From NCBI RefSeq assembly GCF_009914755.1, contig NC_060938.1: a stretch of DNA of 64,000 nt. The stretch is one strand, 5' to 3'. The stretch is from the human T2T-CHM13v2.0 reference genome, Homo sapiens. Positions 12,631 to 27,719 of the stretch are shown here, piece by piece (the first letter of the stretch is position 1; each line of letters begins with the position of its first letter). A program made the position numbers and the translations under genes. The notes beneath the pieces were generated by a model. The model was not told the DNA's origin. It searched no databases and was given only the letters and a program-made list of their open reading frames with translations.

Positions 12631-13414
12631 GCATTATTTTGGCTAGATGAGTCTGAAGTCCATTAGTTTCAGGCATGTCCTGTAGTGTGCTAGGAATGAA
12701 AAGTCAAGCTCCATTTTTAAAATGTAAAAAAAAATACAGCAAGTAATACAGTTGAAGTATTTTCTAACTTTCACATCAAGGAATATGTGTCTCCCCAGGG
12801 GTACATATCTGATGGATCACTAGTGACCCAGCAAAAGATCACAGACTCCAGAATCTCTTTCATGATGCTCCCCAGAATATAGTGAAAATTCTACAGCAGT
12901 TTGCTATAATGAACAGTAGAAAGGCATTCACAGCAGTATCTTGGTAATTGTTATTTACAGTGCCTTCTTCCACCCAGAACAATCTCTTCCACCATACCTT
13001 CATATATTCTTGAATCTTGAATACTACTTGTTATGTAAACTAAAGATTAAATGTTATCGAAATTAAAAATTCAATTTCATATCAAATTATCATTTGGTTA
13101 CAGTTATCAATCCAATTTTTCTAGGTTTGATAAGGGCTTTCTCTGTTTATAAACCTTAGCTATTTCATTGTTTTAGATTAAACAAACAAACATTACTGTT
13201 GAAAAAGTTGAGGGGTATATAGGCCTGGCCATTGAAAGTATAATAATCAGATTTTCTTTTTTTATATATATTAGAATGCACGTATTAATATAATTTAGAG
13301 GGAAACATAAGATTACATAATAATTTGCCTGAATGATGAATCAGATTTTAAAAAACAAGTAATATACCTATTGCAAGAGCAAATACACTACTTCAATATA
13401 TACATGTTTCCTCA

Positions 13415-13729
13415 TTTTTTTCTTTTTTTTTTTGAGATGGAGTCTCACTGTGTTGCCCAGACTGGAGTGCAGTGGCGTGATCTCGACTCACTTGCAACCT
13501 CCACCTCCCTGGTTCAAACAATTCTCCTGCCTCAGCCTCCTGAGTAGCTTGGATTACAGGTGTGAACCACCATGCCTGGCTAATTTTTTTTTTTTTTTTT
13601 TTTTTTTTTAGTAGAGATGGGATTTCACCATGTTAGCTAGGCTGGTCTCGAATTCTTGACTTCAGGTGATCCGCCTGCCTCAGCCTCCCAAAGTGCTGAG
13701 ATTACAGTTGTGAACCACCGTTCCCATCC
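13415..13729 (-). mobile_element. AluS (Sx/Sz-like)
   Basis: Reverse dimer; central linker expanded into a long T run. Confidence 0.95.
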
Positions 13730-14524
13730 CTTTTCCTATTTTTTAATTAACAAGGGCAAAAAAAAAAAAGAACCAAAAATATGCCCCCATAAATCAACAA
13801 TATATTCCTGTTAAAAACAAATAAAGCCTCATTTCCACAGCATTAATGAAACAAAGACTTTGAGAATATAATTGCTATTTCTTCAAAGTTAAGAGAATAT
13901 TTGTTAAAAGAACAATTTTGATGCATTAAAATGTTATAATTCAGACTTTCTTATTAGTTAATTTCAGGGTAAGTGAAAATACAGCATCAGTTCCAGAATG
14001 TTCAGACCAATGGAAGAAAAACAGACTAAATCAATAATTAAATTGTTCAATCAATACAAAATTAAGAGTCTGTTGTATGGTAAAGTAGGCAAGGACACAA
14101 ACTGGAATGGTAATTAATGGCCAGAAATTTATCAGAAAAGGAAAATTTTGAAAAATTATTATTATTATCAATAATTAGTTATGTATAGAGCTGGTATTTG
14201 TTTCTGAACATAAATTAATGATTGCATTGTCTCTTTCATGCTTCTCAATAATATTCATAATTTCTCTTTTAATTTACTAAGTTACCTGTGGTTTGTAAGG
14301 TTTATTGTTTTGTTTTTCCCAAAAGCTAGGTAACTTGCTCTTCTGGAGTGGCTTGGGTACTAGAAGATTCCACTTCATTATATAAGAAAAACCACAGGGC
14401 AAATTTATTATTACAAGACCCAAATTGCAGTTCTACTTTATCAATTTTTGCCTAATTTTGTTACAGCATAAATATCATTCTGGAAATAATTTTAGAGGAC
14501 TACTAGAAAAGAGAAGCATTTGTT

Positions 14525-15170
<646 letters not shown>

Positions 15171-15344
15171 AACACAAACATTAATTACAATGTTCTAATG
15201 TAACTTTAGAAATGCTTTACTTCTCAGTAATTTTGTGATGAGAATAAACATTATTTAAAAAACTATTTTTTTCTAATAAAATATCCTATGGTAGAATTTC
15301 AAATATTATGTTGGATCCTTTCACTTTTATTTGGATAAAAATAA

Positions 15345-15696
<352 letters not shown>

Positions 15697-16702
15697 ATTG
15701 TATACATTCTTGAGAAGGTCAGAACTATTTCTGCTCTGATAAAGACAATGACATTATATATACCTTCACAGATAACAAACACCCTCGTGGCAACTTATTT
15801 CAATGAATGTTTTTTTCCTCTCTTATTAGAGCACGTTGCCAAAATGAACAAGAATTTAGAAAACAGCAGCATTTTGCTGGTAGGATCATTTCTAGTGAAA
15901 AACAAACAAACAAGTAACAACTGGATATACCCAGACTGCTGGGATTGGATATCTTATTAGTAATTTGCAACATCTGTGGACTCTGAGATTTCCCTGATGT
16001 GGCACAATTTACACTGTAAAATACTTGCTTTTGTTTATTAGGAAATTTACACTGGGTTTTGCCAGCTCACTTTACCAAAACCATCTGCATTTTTCTGCCC
16101 AGGTCCACCCATATGATAAAAATAAATAGATAAGAGTAGTTTTTGTTTCCTATAAAAAAAATTGTGTAAGGAAATACTTTGGCAGACAGTATGGTGTAGT
16201 ACAGGTAACATGGCTGAATCTCACCACAGTAACTGAAAGCTATGATATTGCAGGTGAAACGTCAGCGAGAGACAACACAGGAATTCCTGTGATTCACTTC
16301 CTCTCCTCCCTAACCCACGTATGATTCTGAAAGGAGGTGGATTCTGTCATTTCCATAAAATCATTTTTCCATTTCTATGTTTATCAGTCCTAGTCTAGGT
16401 CAACAGAAAATACCATTTTTGGTGAGTTCTTCTATTTTGCTGCAAAACAAAGGAAGAAATGTTATTTATCTCATAATACAAACACACTCATAAATTCCTG
16501 TGCAATTTCTTTGTTAACAATAAATAGGCGGAAAATAGACATAATGAAATATTTGCATAGGACATATTAAGGTAAAATATACATTCCTGTGATATATGTG
16601 AAATAAAAATTCACCAGCAAGGTTGTCTGTAGATGGATTTTACTTTTTATTGTAATTCCCATTGAAAGCAAAGAAATATACAATCCTATTGATAAAGTCC
16701 AC

Positions 16703-17070
16703 TTTTATTCATTTATTCAACAAACATTCTGTAGTACTTGCTATGTCCTAGAAAATACATTAACTCCTGTGACAGATACAGGACAAATAATATTCTATAG
16801 GGCACTTCTTGTAGTGAAGGAAATGGACATACAAATTAATTGTATGTGATACTGCTATGTTGGAGGTGTGTGCTATGGAAATACAAAGGCAGAATATTTA
16901 TTTCTCTCTGACATGTGATTTCCGGTCACTAAAGTGACGTTGGAGTTAAGAATTAGAGAATGAGTTATATACACTAGGTGAATAGTCTTGGAAAAGCCAT
17001 TTTTATGTAGACGAACAGCTTCATTTTTTAAAAAGGCACTGAGTGTGAATATGCACAGTATATTTAGAGG
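16703..17070 (-). mobile_element. L2 3' fragment
   Basis: ttattcatttattcaacaaacatt...tacttgctatgtcc tail; aaaggcactgagtgtga. Confidence 0.65.
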
Positions 17071-19104
17071 ATAACAAACAGGTAAGAGATGTGTGCTCCA
17101 GTGGAAAAATCTCCGCTGGGGCTATATTATTTTCCGGGGCCCTCTATCTTACCTGTAGATAGAACTCTTTTTGTCAAAAATAAAAAAAATAAAAAAAAAA
17201 ACATCTTAAAGATTGCTGAATGTTTCTGTTTCTGGCTCCTACCTTTAAATGAACTATACTATTATTTAGGGGAAAGCACATCAATTAATTAACAGCCTTA
17301 AGGAATTAGGATATTTTATCAGGAAAAATACTAAAGAGAAAGCAACTTAAAAGATCAGTTAAAAATAGAACATTTTGATAACCACCATTTATTTGGACTC
17401 AATAGGCAGAAACCTATTACGGGATTCGATACAAGTAGTGTAAATGGGGCATGAAGGCTTCAGTGTATATATAGAATTGGAGATGCTTTCACTTTCCATT
17501 TGATGAAATTGAATTTCTCAGAATGGACTCTATATCTTTTTAATTCCATGATTTTCAGCAGGCAGAAGGACGATATCCTGTAATTTATGAAGATAGTTTA
17601 TTATTATTTTTTATTAGCTCTCAGCTTTAGCAACCACTTTCTTCCCCCTCCCTCCCCAGCCATGTTGCTGCTGGTGATCCTTATAAGTGAAGCTGCTTTT
17701 CATTTTCATCTTCCTCAGAACAGCTGGTGCTTACACTACCCTAAACATTCATTGAGTCATTTCCTGCTGATAAATGTCTATATGTAGTCACGATTATCAC
17801 CTATGCGTGTGATACTAAACTGTCCTCTCTCTTTTTAAACCAAGATAGCATTTGTACCAGCCTCTAATCTTATGTACCACTTTCTCCCCTTTCAGAACCA
17901 AGCTGGCAATTCTCATCTTGAATAGCTTTAAAATTGCTCATAGCAATCAATGACAACTGAGGCATCACTAAAGAATTTCTTTTATCTCCAAGCTCCAATT
18001 TAGATCTGTCATTAAGCTTGAGTAAGCTTGAACTGTCAGAACATTTTCCCTCATCACATGCTCTAAGCACAAAAAGTCAACTTCAAAATCAAATTTGTTC
18101 TGTCTCTTACTATACTTTGTAATGGTTTCATGTGAACAATAAACTTCACCGAAATAGTAGTGTCAATCTTTAGTAACTCAGATCACTATGGTTTCAAAAA
18201 GTAGTGAAATGCTGCCAAAACTCAAGTATGACGTATGGTAAATCATTCACTCACATTCAATTGCTCTTTGTTGTGCTTTAATATTAGGGGAAGGGGGACT
18301 TGGCAGGGGGTATGGAGATGAGGAGTCTCTTTCCTCCTTTTAGAGGAAAGGTTGTGTCATCTTTTTGGCAAGTCACTTTCCCTCCCTACGCCTTCCTTTC
18401 CATGCCTGTAACATGAGATAGTTTTATTACATGAATTCTAAGTCTCTGCCCATTCCTAATGTTGGCCTCTTAATAAATTCAACTTTTCATTGTGTGGTGT
18501 TATTCTTCTTCAAGAAATGGATTAGAAATGTTACCATACAGAGCTAGAAGTCATGAATTAATTAGGAAGCCCATCGTCCAAATCTAACTGTAAAATGCCT
18601 TGGTTTCATCTTCTGGAACAAAACGATTTTTTTGGGGGTTCTGCTGATGAACAGAAACTGTCTTTTAAAGATCACAGTTTCTATCTTGGAGATCTTTTCC
18701 ACTGACAGATACTTCAGCCTCATCCACATATTTAAATGTACTTTGATCTTTCTTTGTTTTGCAAATTTCCTTTTGAAACAGTTTGTGTGAACTTTAGAGG
18801 TGCCAAACTGAGACTAAAGACCACTAAAATCTGGCAGAGCTATACATGTGAAGTATTCAGCAGCTCAAATATGTTTACAGAGTCCATGTTCAAAATAAGC
18901 GATTGCTTTTTTACAATTTCTTGTCAACTCCAAATTGAATTGTATTTCTTCTTGTATCTATAAAGGAAATAGGAAGCTTGATAATAATCACTTTTTAAAT
19001 TTTATAAGTACCGTTGTGTTAATGTGAAGTTATTCTTTTCTCGTTTATCTTCCTGTTAAAAGATGGCCTTAACAGAAACATAATTCAGGTCATTATTACC
19101 ATGA

Positions 19105-19434
<330 letters not shown>

Positions 19435-19757
19435 TGATCTTTTAAACCCAGAAATCAAGATCTTAAAACAAATATTCTAGCAGATGACCAGTGAAATTGA
19501 GGGTACCATTCTGTGATTTTTTTTCTTTCCTTTTCTTTGGCAGATCTTCTTTGTTATGGTTCTGTACTTTAGCCCAGAATCTCTTGGTATACTTGAAGTT
19601 TTCTCATCACTCATCCTTCATTGATTTAACTCTTAGCCTGACCAATGTATTAATGTTAAAATCTGATGGGAATTTTTACAATCTTCGCCACATTTCCTTG
19701 CTCCTAATCAAAATGTGTGTTGTTTCTTAAAGAGTCATTTGTTAATGGCTAACAATC

Positions 19758-20466
19758 TTTATTTATTTTATTTTATTCTATTATTTTTAATTATACTTTA
19801 AGTTCTGAGATACATATGCAGAATGTGCAGGTTTGTTACATAGATATACATGTGCCATGGTGGTTTGCTGCACCCATCAACCCATCATCTACATTAGGTA
19901 TTTATCCTAATGCTATTCCTCCAATAACCCCCCACCCCTCAACAGGCCCCAGTGTGTGATGTTCCCCTCACTGTGTGCATGTGTTCTCATTGTTCAACTC
20001 CCACTTATGAGTGAGAACATGCAGTGTTTAGTTTTCTGTTCCTGTGTTAGTTTGCTGAGAACGATGGTTTCCAGCTTCATCCATATCCCTTCAAAGGACA
20101 TGAACTCATCCTTTTTTGTGGCTACACAGTATTCCATGGTGTATATATGCCACATTTTCTTTATCCAGTCTATCATTGATGGGCATTTGGGTTGGTTCGA
20201 AGTCTTTGCTATTGTGAACAGTGCTGCAATAAACATACGTGTGGATGTATCTTTATAGTAGAATGATTTATAATCCTTTGGGTATATACCCAGTTATGGG
20301 ATTGCTGGGTCAAATGGTATTTCTGGTTCAAGATCCTTGAGGAATCGCCACACTGTCTTCCACAATGGTTGAACTAGTTTACAGTCTCACCAACAGTGTA
20401 AAAGCGTTCCTATTTCTCCACATGCTCTCCAGCATCTGTTGTTTCCTGACTTTTTAATGATCACCA
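19758..20466 (-). mobile_element. L1PA (L1PA7/8-like), 5'-truncated, about 0.7 kb
   Basis: ORF 19994-20236 (-) MFIAALFTIAKT..KCPSMIDWIKKMWHIYTMEY is the ORF2p C-terminus; 3'UTR and (AAAT)n tail. Confidence 0.95.
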
Positions 20467-21823
20467 ATACTTAAAAATGGATTTTGTGCTGGAAATATTT
20501 TCAAATTCAGCTTTGGTTATACTGAAGCAGGCATACTTTTCTATATTATATGCAAGTGATAATTACTTGCATATAATACTATATATTATATATTAACTCT
20601 GAGAAGTTCTTTGTAAGATACAAATGGCATTAATATTAGTATTAGTATTGCTTTCCAATGAATGACTACTGCTCCAGTTTATTTGTGTATTCATATATAG
20701 CTCTCAAACTACAGAAAGAAGAATTCAGTGACAGAACAAATCTTTGTAAAGAGAATCTAAATTTGGGGACAAAAACAATGTTTATCTACATGGAAAATTT
20801 CTGAAATGTATATTATTATAAAAGTTAATTTCCCTCCTGAATAAATGATATGTGATTTTCATATTATCATACTAGTTTGAACAGCTGCAAAGAAGTGCTT
20901 AGATAAAAATTTAAAAAAAGTTTCAGATCCAAATTTTGCTTTCAAATTAACAGGCGCAAAATATTCCAGGATATGAACTTCTGTTTGAAGAAAGAATTTA
21001 GCTTGGGATACATAGACTGGCTATGATTGAAATGCATGTATTGATAGTAAAATATTTTACAAACAAGGTTTTTACATATATTAGAAAGAGTGAAAAACTT
21101 AGCCCTCTTTACTGAGCAATATTAGTAATTGCAAGGAGCAAGTCACTGGACAAACAACCCTACCACGCAGATGGTTTAGGTGCTGTCAAAGCAGAATCAC
21201 CCATTTCTATGTCTTTGAGTGTGTTTTAGAGAAGTGCTGATTGTCAAGGAGAATAAAACTTTAGTGAATGTTGTTTGTCTTTCCTGTGAGGAGACAGGAA
21301 ACACAACCATTTGTGGTACATGAAACATTCGGAGTATAAAGATACAAATTCCATGTTGAATTCGGCTATTGATTATTGGCTTGTGTAAAATGGTAAAAGT
21401 ACTGTATTTGTAATTTGTTACTAAGAATCATCGTTTAGACCATATAATAACACAATATAACAGTATAATAATAGTATTTCTATTATATACTACAATGAAA
21501 TGTATTTAAAATACAATTTGAATTAGATTGCTTTCAAATATTTAAATGTTTGATCCTACGCTCATCTATAAATGCTTACATTTTATAATTTAAGGTCTGT
21601 TTAAAAGTTTATAAATAATACAAAACTTTGATTTCATTTGGCTGTCTTTTTGTGCTTTGCTTCTTGAAACTTAGCAAAAGATGATCAAGAGGAGCATGAA
21701 AAAATCCCCTGAATCCATTGGCTTTCTTCCCTATACTGACAACAGTTTACTTGTGTAAGGTAATTCTCTTTTGCCTGTGTTGCCTCATTTTGCTTCTCCT
21801 TGCTTGGCACCATTCTTAAGCAA

Positions 21824-22095
21824 TTTATTTATTCATTCATTTTCTCATTCACATATTCATTGTTTCAACAAATGTTTATTGATGCTGCTATGTGTCAGCT
21901 CCTGTGCTCGACTTTAGGGATACAGAGATGAGCAAGGCAGGTATGAAACCAGGCTCTCATGGACTTTCTGGTTTTTGGAGAAGAGAGACAACTAAATAAT
22001 TAAGTTTCACTGTATGTGAGAGATGCAGTGAAAGAGGATTATGCTATGCTGTGAAAGCAGCTAATCAAGTTTGGAGGTTTTGGGAAAAGCTTTAG
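21824..22095 (-). mobile_element. L2 3' fragment
   Basis: ttcattcat...ttcaacaaatgtttattgatgctgctatgtgtcag...gggatacagagatgagcaagg. Confidence 0.75.
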
Positions 22096-22162
22096 TTTCT
22101 GTTCACCTACTCAAATTATAAATTGTTTAATCTTCAGTTGCTATTTGGTTAGAACATTTCTG

Positions 22163-22634
22163 ACTTTATTGGCTTCCCATTGTAGCTGTAACAAATTACC
22201 ACAGATTTAGTCAACTTGAAACAGAAATGTATTCTTTTATAGATTTGGAGGCCTGAATCTCAAAGTGGGTTTCTTTGGGACAAAACGAAGGTATCGCCAA
22301 AGCCATATTCCTTAGGGAGGTTCTCTGGGAAAATGTGATCCCTTATCTTTTTCATTTCTAGAGATGCATGCCTCGACTCCGGACCCCTTCTTTCATCTGC
22401 AAAATCAGCAGCACCCTCACATCATCTCCTGTAACAAACTCTCTCTGTCTCCTCCATATAAGGTCACTGATGGTTACATTTAGGGTCCATGATATAAGGT
22501 AAGATAATTGCCCCTCCTCAAGATCCTTAATTAAATCACATCTGCAACATTCCTTTAGCCATGTAAGAAAACATCCAAACATTCCAGAGATTAGGATATA
22601 AATATTTTGAGGGGCTATTGTGTAGCTGACCATA
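22163..22634 (-). mobile_element. MaLR solo LTR (MLT1C/D-like)
   Basis: gctgtaacaaattaccaca...cttaattaaatcacatctgcaa...ccagagattaggat...ggggctatt. Confidence 0.82.
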
Positions 22635-23669
22635 CTGGTCCATCGAAAATTAGTGTCTATAAATAGTTACCTGAATGTGTAACCTAAGAGAGTTTTTGTA
22701 AATGATATGAACAAATATTTTATACTCATTTTTGGGAAAGAAGTTCAAAATTTCTTTATAAGGTACTAAACCTTTATGGTTTAGTAAAGGTATAAAATCA
22801 TATTTTATAATATTGTGAACTTTTGTATGTAACTCAAGAAAGCTAGGCTACATTCACGTAACTATTAGAAGGGCAGTGATAGCATGTGGACAGGATCAAA
22901 ACTTTGAGATTTCTACCTGTCTCATACAGCAGTTGCAGCCCCCCTTGACCATCTCAACTTGAGTCCCATGTCCACAGATATCATTTCACAAAAAGAAAAA
23001 GAATAATTACTGATTTGGCTCTGAAATGCTTATGTATCCAGCCCTCCAGAGAACAAACCGGTACTTCATATGTATCATGAGGACTACCTTGCCCTAAATA
23101 ATGTATGGGCCTCACTATCCTGTCTCTTAGTTCCTTTTTCCTGAACTCTTCCTCCAGAGTTGTGGGTGTTTCTCTTCCAATAAGAAAAGAAACCTATCAG
23201 CCACATGGAATTCTAAGGGGGAGAGTATTTAATGAGAGACAGGAGTGTGTTTGCATGGGTCTAGCTGCCATTATGATTCCTTTATTCTTCCCAACAGAAA
23301 TTCCACCTTCTGGTACAATAGCCTATTCTTATTAATTCCATTTGTCTATTGTTCTGTTCTTCCCCCAGCCCTAGAGGAAGAATGGAGTGAGGTTGTGGGG
23401 AGAGAAGGTCTTGAGGTATTTCGAAAGATATATTATATGGTCAAACTGATGAGCACCTTGAGATAAAAGTAGAATATACGAGACTGAAGGCAAAATCGCA
23501 TGAAGCAACTGAAGTTTTTGAACAGTAGCTAATAGCATAAAAATTAGGGTGAAGATAATATCTGAAGAAAAGGAGATGAGTGAACAAATAATTATTGAAT
23601 GCCTATTATGTTTCAAAATATTTGCTGGGTACATGACCTTTGATGCCTCTGTTTGTTTAGTGAATTCTC

Positions 23670-23800
23670 TTTCTGTAGAAAGAACTAAGGCTGAGAAAAG
23701 TTAACTGATTTTCCAAGGTAACTCATGTAGTGAATGGCTATGCTTGTACTTAAAGTCTGGTTTGTCTGAATCCACAATCTATTGGTTTTTTGATATTCCA
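23670..23800 (-). mobile_element. MIR fragment
   Basis: gaactaaggctgagaaaagttaactgattttccaaggt...tttgtctgaatccaca. Confidence 0.65.
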
Positions 23801-26800
23801 GGCCCTCTCCAGGGTGCCTGAGTTTGTTGTTTCATCACAGAATTACACGGAAGAGACTGGAAAGATAACTCTTCAAATGTCAAATCATTCCCCTATAAAA
23901 AATTTTGCCACAGCTGTTGAAATATGGCCTTAGGGTTTATGACAGAATTTGAACCAGCCCCATGGAAAATGCATCTTGACTCTGCTTTTATTCCTTTCCC
24001 TGCTGAGCTCCTAATAGAAGATGGATGTCTATTGCTTTTCTCTTGATATTCATGGCACTGCTCCTCTCCATCCATAGGATTATCTTATGTAAGTAATAGT
24101 TCTTTCAAATTTTGGGTGGATTTTAAAATGACTTGCTCCAACAGGGTTCACTCTTCTAACTAACACAATCTCTGAGTAGGTTTAAATTCAATTAGTTTGG
24201 CTAGTGCCAAAATGTGATCAGCTATTAATGAGTGGTCTGAAGATTTTTTTTTTTTAAACTGAAAGGGTGATTCTGTCATTCACTTCCTGAAAATTAGAAA
24301 AGCTCTTCTGATTTCATTTGCATGTTGAGATTTTCTATTATGACTTGTATTCAATTTAGCACACTCAAATATGAAGCAAATCTATTCATTTAATCTGCTG
24401 CCTGAGCCAATATCTCTGCAGCAAGAGATATCCTACCTTCGTGTGTGCATGTGCTTGAGAGCAGTTGTTTGGCAATAGCTCTTATTAATATAAATCAACA
24501 TCTACAAAGAAAGCCTCCTCTATTCCTGAAATTCATATTTATATAAATAGAAAAGTAATGGATTTCAAAATGGGTCCAATAGGTTTGAGCTTCTAGAATT
24601 ATCCCAAGAGTATAGACAGGACTGAAATATTTCAAGGTGTTTTGGAGAGGGGTGTTGATAAAGTATTTTCATGTTTGCTGCGTGCCTCTGAGCTGGCAGA
24701 TTCATACTAATAATGGCAGAAGCCAGGAATAGTTATAATACGCTTAATTAACTCTAAGCTTATTTAATGCCATGGTCCAGATGAACTCTAGATAGGGAGA
24801 CATAATACATATAGCTCATTAAAAAATAATTTGGACTTTTCTAATCTATATTTGCATAAAGTTCAGGTCCTTGTCCTGAGGTATTAATTATTTTTCTAAT
24901 ATTATTGTTGAAAAATGGATGCCCATGAAAAAATGGTAATTAGAGAAATGCTGGCTAACATAATTCAATTTCACATAACATGCTCATGCCAATTATGCCA
25001 GGAAGTTTCTTTGTCTTGAGGAAATACCCTTTTAAAAGAGAGTTATAGTAAAAAAAAAAATGTGTAAATGAGATCCTGCTGAGAGCTGTTAAAAATAAAA
25101 CAATAAACAAAATTAACCTATTTGTCTCTGTTTATATGAGTTAGAAAGGTACTTGCTAGAGACTTTATGCTTCCATCAGAAACAGGTTATTTTTGCTTTG
25201 ATCATATTTTAGAACTCATTTTCTTAAGGATACTACGTGTTATTTTGAGAAAATGTATGCAGAGAATTAAAAGAATCTGATTAATTGTTGTATTTGATGA
25301 GATCTTATATGACACACTTCTTGAATTTTATGGTGAGTTGCTAGCAGCGAACAATTCTAGAAATCAACATTCTAGCAAAGAAGCTATAATAGCATCCTAA
25401 ATAAGAACAGCAACTTTAACTGAATGTACTACTGAAATGTTTTCTTCTAATTTTACGCATGGTGTTTGTTTTTATGCATTCCCTTTTTTATATGCATATA
25501 ATGGATCTATTTTGTGCAGAGGCATAGGTCAGTGGCTCCATCATCCAATATCCTTCATGTGTATAAACAAAATAAGGAAAGATGAAAAGGTAGGCAAGGA
25601 AGAGATTGCAAAGTTATAGGGTTAGAGAAGCCAATGTTTAACATTCATCGCCATGTTCTGCTGGGGCTTTTCTCAATTCTACATCTTAAATCATATCTTG
25701 TTTTTTAAAAAATATTTATATGAAGAAACCAATATGGACTAAGCTTAAAAATGACAAACAATAGTTTTCCGTATCTTCCTTAATTTCTACTGTGGAAACT
25801 GTAGCCCATCTCAAAGTTCCACCAATTATTTTGGGACCTCTGTGTAACTTTTAAAATTTTCATTTTTGCCCTCATTGTTGGTCCATACTTCTAAGGCATT
25901 GTATGCTGCTAAAATAATCAAAGTCCACACAATCCTTCAAAGGAACTCTAAGGCTGCTGATATTGTCATAGTCTCTGGATAAAAATCACTGGAACTGAGC
26001 AATGTCAATATTCTATTGAACTGAAGCTGCTTTGCTGCGCCAAAACTGAAGTTATTGTTGAAGCTGAGGAATCACCATGTGGCCATTCTGTTCTATGCTT
26101 AGGGGAAGAGAAGCCCTTTCTCCCACCTTTGTGGTATGCTTGGATACATATGTCCCAGATATAAGCAACCAGAGTAGCCACTTCATGTTGGACTTCATGG
26201 TCCCAATATCTCATGGAGATTTTGGTGAAAACAGCTTTTATTTTCTCTGGAAGTCAATTTTCCTAGAATACAAATGTGAGGCCATGAAACTCACATAAAG
26301 CACCTATTGATAACTGCCTCCTCTTTCTAAATTGATGTCGTTCTCAAATTGAGCTTGCATGCCTCATTCTTTGGATAAACTGCTTTCGAGGTGGACATGC
26401 CAATGAAATAAATTCCTAGCGGGCTCAACCCATCGGCTCTCTAGGGAGTTACTGCAGCATCTGAATCTTTGAGCACAGTTTACAGCTAAGCTGGGAACAA
26501 GCTTCTCCTTTCCCTCCTAATATCTACTTTGTGTGTCATACCACTGATTTACTGGACTAGATCTAATAGTTTTGTGCCAGTTTCACTTAACTATGTTATT
26601 GTTATCAAGAAATGGAGTTAGGTCATGTCGAAAATGGGATATTTGTGTGCATCTTTTTAAAATTTATTGTGTGCGTGTTATTTAGAAGCCCCACGTGTTG
26701 GCTCGGACATTTCTACCATCTGTAGTTTAGGCAGAGTAGCCATACCCAAACGACTTCTGGAAAGTGCCGGATATGGAATGCATGGAGCAGAGTGTGGTTG

Positions 26801-27719
26801 TCTGAGAGTTAACACTGTAACAAGGTTCAAGAAAATGTCTGGATTTGAGTGCTAAGACAGAGGTACAAAGAAAATATCTAAGGTCAAAGCTGTGTGTACC
26901 TAAAGTCAGGAAGATAGGGAGTAAAGAGTTAGGGGTACCATTCTGACTAATATGAGGCTTCTGAGACAAGCAGAGAGGTTGTTGTCTGTAAACCTCAGAT
27001 AAGCACCTAATCAATATGGCAAAGGGTAGCTTATTAATAGTAACAGATAGGATTTTTACTGGACAGTGACACATATGAGACTGTCAAGAGTGATGAATAT
27101 GAGCCAATGCATGTCAAGCACAGAGGGAGGCTTCAGATGAGGTCTCCTTGGTAACAATCGAAAGGAGGTTCTTCATCTGGAATACTGAAGGCTGTTTTTG
27201 TTTGTTTTTTGCTTTTTTCCTTTAATACTACTTGTCTGATGAAAGTTTATAGGAACCTTTAGAAACTAATTTTTATGCATCCTTAGAGGAGAGAAAAATC
27301 AACCTCAGGTTAAGAACATGCATGGTCCACACCCAGAGATCAAATCTAGTTATGTAATCGTGGAAATAGTATTCACCACTTGAGGCTTTTAGAAGGTGAA
27401 GTTTTCAGAATGGAAGTCTTCCTGGCCACTTTCATCAAGGAAAACATAAGGCAAACAATAACCTTACTGCAGTTGGAAATTTAAACCACATTTTATAGAT
27501 AACATCCTCTTGTCTATATCTAACCCCACCCCCAAAAAATAGCACCTCTACTTTTTGTACACTGTGTGGCCATACTAGAAATATTTCAAAGCTTGCTTGA
27601 AAAATAAAACTTGTTGCAAAAGTATTTGTTGCATGCCAAGTATTGTGAAAATACTATAAAAATACAAAAAAATGCAGAAGATATTTTGTAAAATATATCT
27701 GTGCTCACATTTTAACTTT

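Noticed and set aside
22764-22786. 9-bp-arm hairpin TACTAAACC-tttat-GGTTTAGTA
   Set aside because: Short and AT-rich; within chance expectation.
19501-26945. Identical 13-mer gggtaccattctg at 19501 and about 26933
   Set aside because: No extension; a few 13-mer matches are expected in 64 kb.
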